This document shows positions 59,965 through 64,000 of a stretch of DNA of 64,000 nucleotides, piece by piece; the stretch's first letter is position 1, and every line of letters begins with the position of its first letter. This DNA comes from Bdellovibrionota bacterium (GTDB lineage Bacteria > Bdellovibrionota_C > UBA2361 > OMII01). The stretch spans positions 96,001 through 160,000 of the forward strand of contig JBIJBE010000002.1 of assembly GCA_044345405.1 (NCBI GenBank). Direction: 5' to 3'. The notes beneath the pieces are model-generated. The model made no database searches. It worked only from the letters and a program-made list of their open reading frames with translations, and was not told the DNA's origin. A program made the translations under genes and the position numbers.

Positions 59965-61386
59965 CTAGCTCCCATGAAGCTCATGCATAAGGCGCGCTAC
60001 GGTACCCAACACCGAGGAGGGCTCCCCGCCGAAGCGCTCGAGCGCGTCGTTAATAATCCGCCCATCATGCTGAGCCACATCATCCGCAAGCTTCAATCCA
60101 TACGAGAGGGCATCGCCCATACGTCGCTTTTCAAGGGGCTGAAGTACCGTAAGCGCTGTGTCGATACGACGCCAATTTTCGTACCCAGGGGTATCAGTTC
60201 GAGTCGCGTGGCGTGGATGCACAAAGGTGTGCGCCAGATCGCGAAGGGAACGCCCATCCCGAACGCGAAGGAGTTCATCCATCGTAGCGGGAGAAGGATA
60301 TTCCGTTATCGCCCTCCATATAGGAGGATCGAGGGGGGCCTTAAACTTCCCAGTACGTGAATGGCGTCCTTCATCCCGAGCGATCTCAGGCGCGAAGATC
60401 TGAGCCCGCATCGCGGGCGATGCGGCGAGCCATAGGAAACGACCAGTCTCTACCTTCCCTCGATCGGTGTGATGGTGCGCGGCACGGCCGACGTTCGGAA
60501 ATAGATTTCGCATGTAAAATTCGATGTGATGAAAGAGGTGCGTATCATGCGCGGACCCGGGAAGAGGCAACGTGTGACACCTTTCGGACATCACGGCGCT
60601 CCGGAGCCGCAAACCATGAAATCCTGTATCAAAGGCGAGGGATCGATGCAGCATCTCGTATCCGACGAGCTGCTCCCGATCAGCGCGTTGAACAGCTTGC
60701 GCGATGAAACTCGCGCGAGAATCACCACACTGATGGTCAAGCACGGCGTTGAGGATCTCATTTCGGAGATTCGCGAGTGCGAGACTAACGTCAGACCTAC
60801 CGCTCTCCGTCGCGAGATCCTCCCCGAGGAGGTGCCGCGTTACCGAAAATCCCAGCGCCGCGTGGTCGACCCCAAGAGCCCCACTCTGAGGTCTCGCAAA
60901 AAGCGCTGGCTCATAGAGCCTCCCCACGTCATGCAAAAGGGAGGGAAGAATGAAAAGCTCGTGATATGGAGAGAGATCCTCCTCCAACGCCAGCCGCAAT
61001 CCAGCGATCGGATCCTTGTAGAGAACGTGCCGCTTGTCATGTCCAGGATGTCCGTAACCGATCGAGGCATGAACAAACGATATGACCCGCTCAGCGATCC
61101 CCTGAATCCGCTCCCTACCCTCCGGACCTTGAAGCCACTCACTGACGGCACGCTCCTGTTCTGGGGTATTGAGCATCTCGGGACGAGGCTCCCGCCCCAA
61201 CGCGTCCTTATAAAAGGAACGAAACTGCCCCGCCGCCTCCAGCGAGAGTTGATGAAAGGCGCGAATATCCTCTGGGTGGGAACCTGGCGTAGGAAAACCG
61301 AACTCGCCGACAACGGTGCGAGCAACGGAGAGAGACGGGGCAACATTACTCGTGAAGAGTGTCATACAGCGTATACGAGAGGCCAC
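59965..61386 (-). CDS. HD-domain protein
   Basis: GHDKRH...LLHDVGR...DHA...LDH...ADREQ gives the H-HD-H-H-D spacing of HD phosphohydrolases. Confidence 0.7.
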   Translation of the reverse strand: MASRIRCMTLFTSNVAPSLSVARTVVGEFGFPTPGSHPEDIRAFHQLSLEAAGQFRSFYKDALGREPRPEMLNTPEQERAVSEWLQGPEGRERIQGIAERVISFVHASIGYGHPGHDKRHVLYKDPIAGLRLALEEDLSPYHELFILPSLLHDVGRLYEPALFARPQSGALGVDHAALGFSVTRHLLGEDLATESGRSDVSLALANLRNEILNAVLDHQCGDSRASFIAQAVQRADREQLVGYEMLHRSLAFDTGFHGLRLRSAVMSERCHTLPLPGSAHDTHLFHHIEFYMRNLFPNVGRAAHHHTDRGKVETGRFLWLAASPAMRAQIFAPEIARDEGRHSRTGKFKAPLDPPIWRAITEYPSPATMDELLRVRDGRSLRDLAHTFVHPRHATRTDTPGYENWRRIDTALTVLQPLEKRRMGDALSYGLKLADDVAQHDGRIINDALERFGGEPSSVLGTVARLMHELHGS

Positions 61387-61912
61387 CGAGCGTGCCTCTA
61401 CGTTGTTGATATGAGCCTAACATGAAACCTCGACGCACAACTCGAGGGGCCGTAACCGTCGATAATGAGAGGGCGCGGCCTCCGCGAGGCCAAGAGGTCA
61501 AGTTACGAAAAAACCCTACGACGATCTCGCGGTGAAGCGCTCCATGCGCTCCAAGAAAGGTCTCTATCCAGGATACCGCAAACTTCGGTGCCAATCCTCG
61601 TGACCGTGCGCGGTATCGAAGGTAAGGTCTTCACCCTCACAAGGCACAAACTGACGGAGGGTCTCTCCAAACTGAGCCGCTTCAGTTGTTACAGGGATTA
61701 CCGGCGCGGACTGCGCGCTGCAATCTTCGGGACGTTTAGACTGTTGCTGGGGATCTACTGCCATACACACACCTCGTGTACATGAAAATTACAACGCGCC
61801 ACATTCGCCCTCAATCGGCGAATCGGCGGACTACGCAGAATAGCGCCTATGACCATCGATTGAAAAGAGGGGGAAGAAAAATCTTCAGATTGCGCGGCAA
61901 CCCATCTCCGCT

Positions 61913-62770
61913 TCACCGGTATCCAAGGTGCGTAGGGAGTCGCAAACTAAACACTACCCCAACCACCATGGAGAGCTCATTCGCTAGCTCCCGGGCGATC
62001 ACTGGATCGGGCTCCCCCTCAACGACCGCCCTGCCTATCTGTCCCAAGGTATTAATGATCCCAACCCGAGAGGAGATACTCCGCAAGGACTCCGGGCGCC
62101 GGTCGGATACGTCGGGGAAGAACTTCGCCCGTAAAGAACTATTCTGATACGCCGCTACAGAAACCGAGTACTGAAAGCTATGCATAAGATATCCAATCGC
62201 GTCCCCGCGCTGGAAATCAAAGGGCGGCATCGCCAATCCGGACTCCAAACAGCGCCTGAGGAAGGTACGATCCTCACGCCCTGCCTTCAGGCGTTCAAAA
62301 AGCCCCTGCTCCCTGAAATAGGTCGCAAGGGGGCCCCGAAGTGAGGAATCAGGGTTTTGCATGATCGCCTGAATCACCATCAAACCGCCGAGCCGGGCGC
62401 TCGTAAGGGATCTCTCACTATCAAACTGCTCGGGGCACGCAAGTCGAGGATCTCGGCTTTTAAAATAGAGCTTCGGCTCACTCACTGACGCGGTTAGCCA
62501 TGCGATAACCGGAACAAGCCCCCCCTCTTGAAATCTAGACTCCAGCACTCGAGCGATCTGAGAGGCCGCAACCAGCCTGACGCAAGAGTCTGGGTCTGTG
62601 AGCCCTAACTGCAAGGCGGGCATGCGACGACTAAGCTGAGGTGAGAACAACGCGCGACACCGCACGTTCGACGGAGACTCCTCTGACGAACTGACGGAGG
62701 CGATAATGGCTTTTGCCGGAACCATCGAGATGGACATGCGCCTTATTCTATCCGACCTCTCCAACCTCAC
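61913..62770 (-). CDS. hypothetical protein with a HEAT-like motif
   Basis: LQLGLTDPDSCVRLVAASQI; start uncertain. Confidence 0.55.
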   Translation of the reverse strand: MRLERSDRIRRMSISMVPAKAIIASVSSSEESPSNVRCRALFSPQLSRRMPALQLGLTDPDSCVRLVAASQIARVLESRFQEGGLVPVIAWLTASVSEPKLYFKSRDPRLACPEQFDSERSLTSARLGGLMVIQAIMQNPDSSLRGPLATYFREQGLFERLKAGREDRTFLRRCLESGLAMPPFDFQRGDAIGYLMHSFQYSVSVAAYQNSSLRAKFFPDVSDRRPESLRSISSRVGIINTLGQIGRAVVEGEPDPVIARELANELSMVVGVVFSLRLPTHLGYR

Positions 62771-62845
62771 TCAAAGATTACGTCGCACATCCCGCGGAAC
62801 CGTGCCATTTTGGACAGGAAACGCCTCTAACGCCCAATCGGTGCA

Positions 62846-63625
62846 CTACCCTTGAGCCCTCGTTCGCAGGCATACCTCAACATCCGCGGTAGCATCCCAG
62901 AGAAGCGGGGTCGGATCGGGGAAACGAACCTTGAAAATATCGACTTGAGACGCGGGAAAATATCCATCAAGGGTCTTGTTGATATCGTTCTCACAACACC
63001 ACTCGTAGTAGTCACGCGAGATAGATTGCAGATGAAGATGGCTCCACCATCCTCCGTTATCCGGAGGGGCGCCAATATCCGCAACCACATCTCCTTTTCG
63101 CACCTCATCCCCAATCTCGACGAGGGATTTTCCAAGATGACCAAAGAGAACGTATTCCGTATCGCCGGCATCTTTTCGTGTCCGAACAACGACATAAGGC
63201 CCCCACCCGCCATCTGGATTCTTGTCGTCATCGACCCACACCACCGTACCGTCGCGCATGCAGCGCACGGGAGTGCCGGCTGGAAGACTTACGTCGATAC
63301 CGCCGTGAATAACAGGCTCTTTAAGGTATCCACCACGCCACAGGTCGGTTCTATCCTCAAGGTATCCGCCGTGACTCCAGGTAATCTCTTCCGCCGCGTG
63401 ATACCGATCTACAAGCTCTTGCATAAGCAGAGGCTCTAAGAAAGGACTCCTCCCATTCACATTTCGTCCAACCGCCCAGGCGCTCGCGAGAAATCTCCGA
63501 TCGAAGGCCGCTGCCTCTCCGTTAAAATTCATCTCAAACCTGACGAGATCTGATGACAGCCGGGGAAGAGTCGCTTGTTCCAGCGCGATCCCCTGACGAG
63601 CGTGTACGATTGTGGAGGGCAACAT
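62846..63625 (-). CDS. M23 family metallopeptidase
   Basis: HGGIDV (HxxxD), LFGHL, HLHLQ (HxH). Confidence 0.85.
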   Translation of the reverse strand: MLPSTIVHARQGIALEQATLPRLSSDLVRFEMNFNGEAAAFDRRFLASAWAVGRNVNGRSPFLEPLLMQELVDRYHAAEEITWSHGGYLEDRTDLWRGGYLKEPVIHGGIDVSLPAGTPVRCMRDGTVVWVDDDKNPDGGWGPYVVVRTRKDAGDTEYVLFGHLGKSLVEIGDEVRKGDVVADIGAPPDNGGWWSHLHLQSISRDYYEWCCENDINKTLDGYFPASQVDIFKVRFPDPTPLLWDATADVEVCLRTRAQG

Positions 63626-63907
63626 ATCGATAAAATCTCCAATCGAGCGGCGCCCGTTCCGTGCGCGGGCTACCTCGGCGTGGCCTTACTGTGTACCGAG
63701 TCACGGGCGCTAGGCAAATGAACCAGGACCCACTTCAGAGCAGAAAGCGAGTAAAAAACACGGTCTTAAAAAGATATAATGCAATCAAGTTGGCAACTTA
63801 GACGGCTCCATGACCCTGCCCCCGATTTTTAGGAAGAAATGTAGGGTATACTTCAGTCGGCTTTCGGCAAGAAACACTAATACTGAATTCATCCCCCCGG
63901 ATACGTT

Positions 63908-64000
63908 ATGATAAAAGGACGCAATCTTCAGTTACGCGCGCTCGAAAAGGCGGATCTCCTCTTCCTTCACCAGCTGCACAACAACTACAAGACGATGAAC
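63908..64000 (+). CDS. GNAT acetyltransferase, SpeG-like (5' fragment)
   Basis: MIKGRNLQLRALEKADLLFLHQLHNNYKTM resembles the SpeG N-terminus (LRPLEREDLRYVHQLDNN); runs off the window. Confidence 0.65.
   Translation, partial: MIKGRNLQLRALEKADLLFLHQLHNNYKTMN

Noticed and set aside
61346-61790. Short overlapping ORFs on both strands between the HD and HEAT-like genes
   Set aside because: No motif or consistent frame; may be a decayed gene but cannot be called

Overview
GC-rich bacterial chromosomal window. Gene content and the secreted-protein repeat types suggest a deltaproteobacterial/Bdellovibrionota-like lineage (inference, low confidence). Most of it is housekeeping: bioAD, sppA, gmhA, HU, argF, purQSB, a two-subunit methylcrotonyl-CoA-carboxylase-like enzyme, secG, mrp, purN, ispDF, carD, pyrD, rimI, rpmI-rplT, ctpA, xylA/xylB and two tRNAs. 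The main discovery is a 10.2-kb island (20864-31082) inserted inside a protein-coding gene and bounded by a perfect 57-bp direct repeat. It supplies a synonymously recoded replacement 3' end for that gene, carries a decayed copy of the neighbouring carboxylase tail, and has no recognisable integrase. Inside it, a module of palindromic operator, promoter-like sequence, leader, csrA and a double-HTH Lrp-like regulator occurs three times. One copy is intact; the other two have decayed csrA/lrp parts, and each of those precedes a large secreted Ca-binding-repeat protein gene. Also notable: the secG-linked tRNA-Leu has the rare anticodon AAG, alongside strong CUU/CUC codon bias in the HU gene; REPIN-like REP doublets with compensatory changes; an ACGT-hexamer tandem repeat family; and a gene split at an A8 tract. 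All alignments and counts were done by eye.
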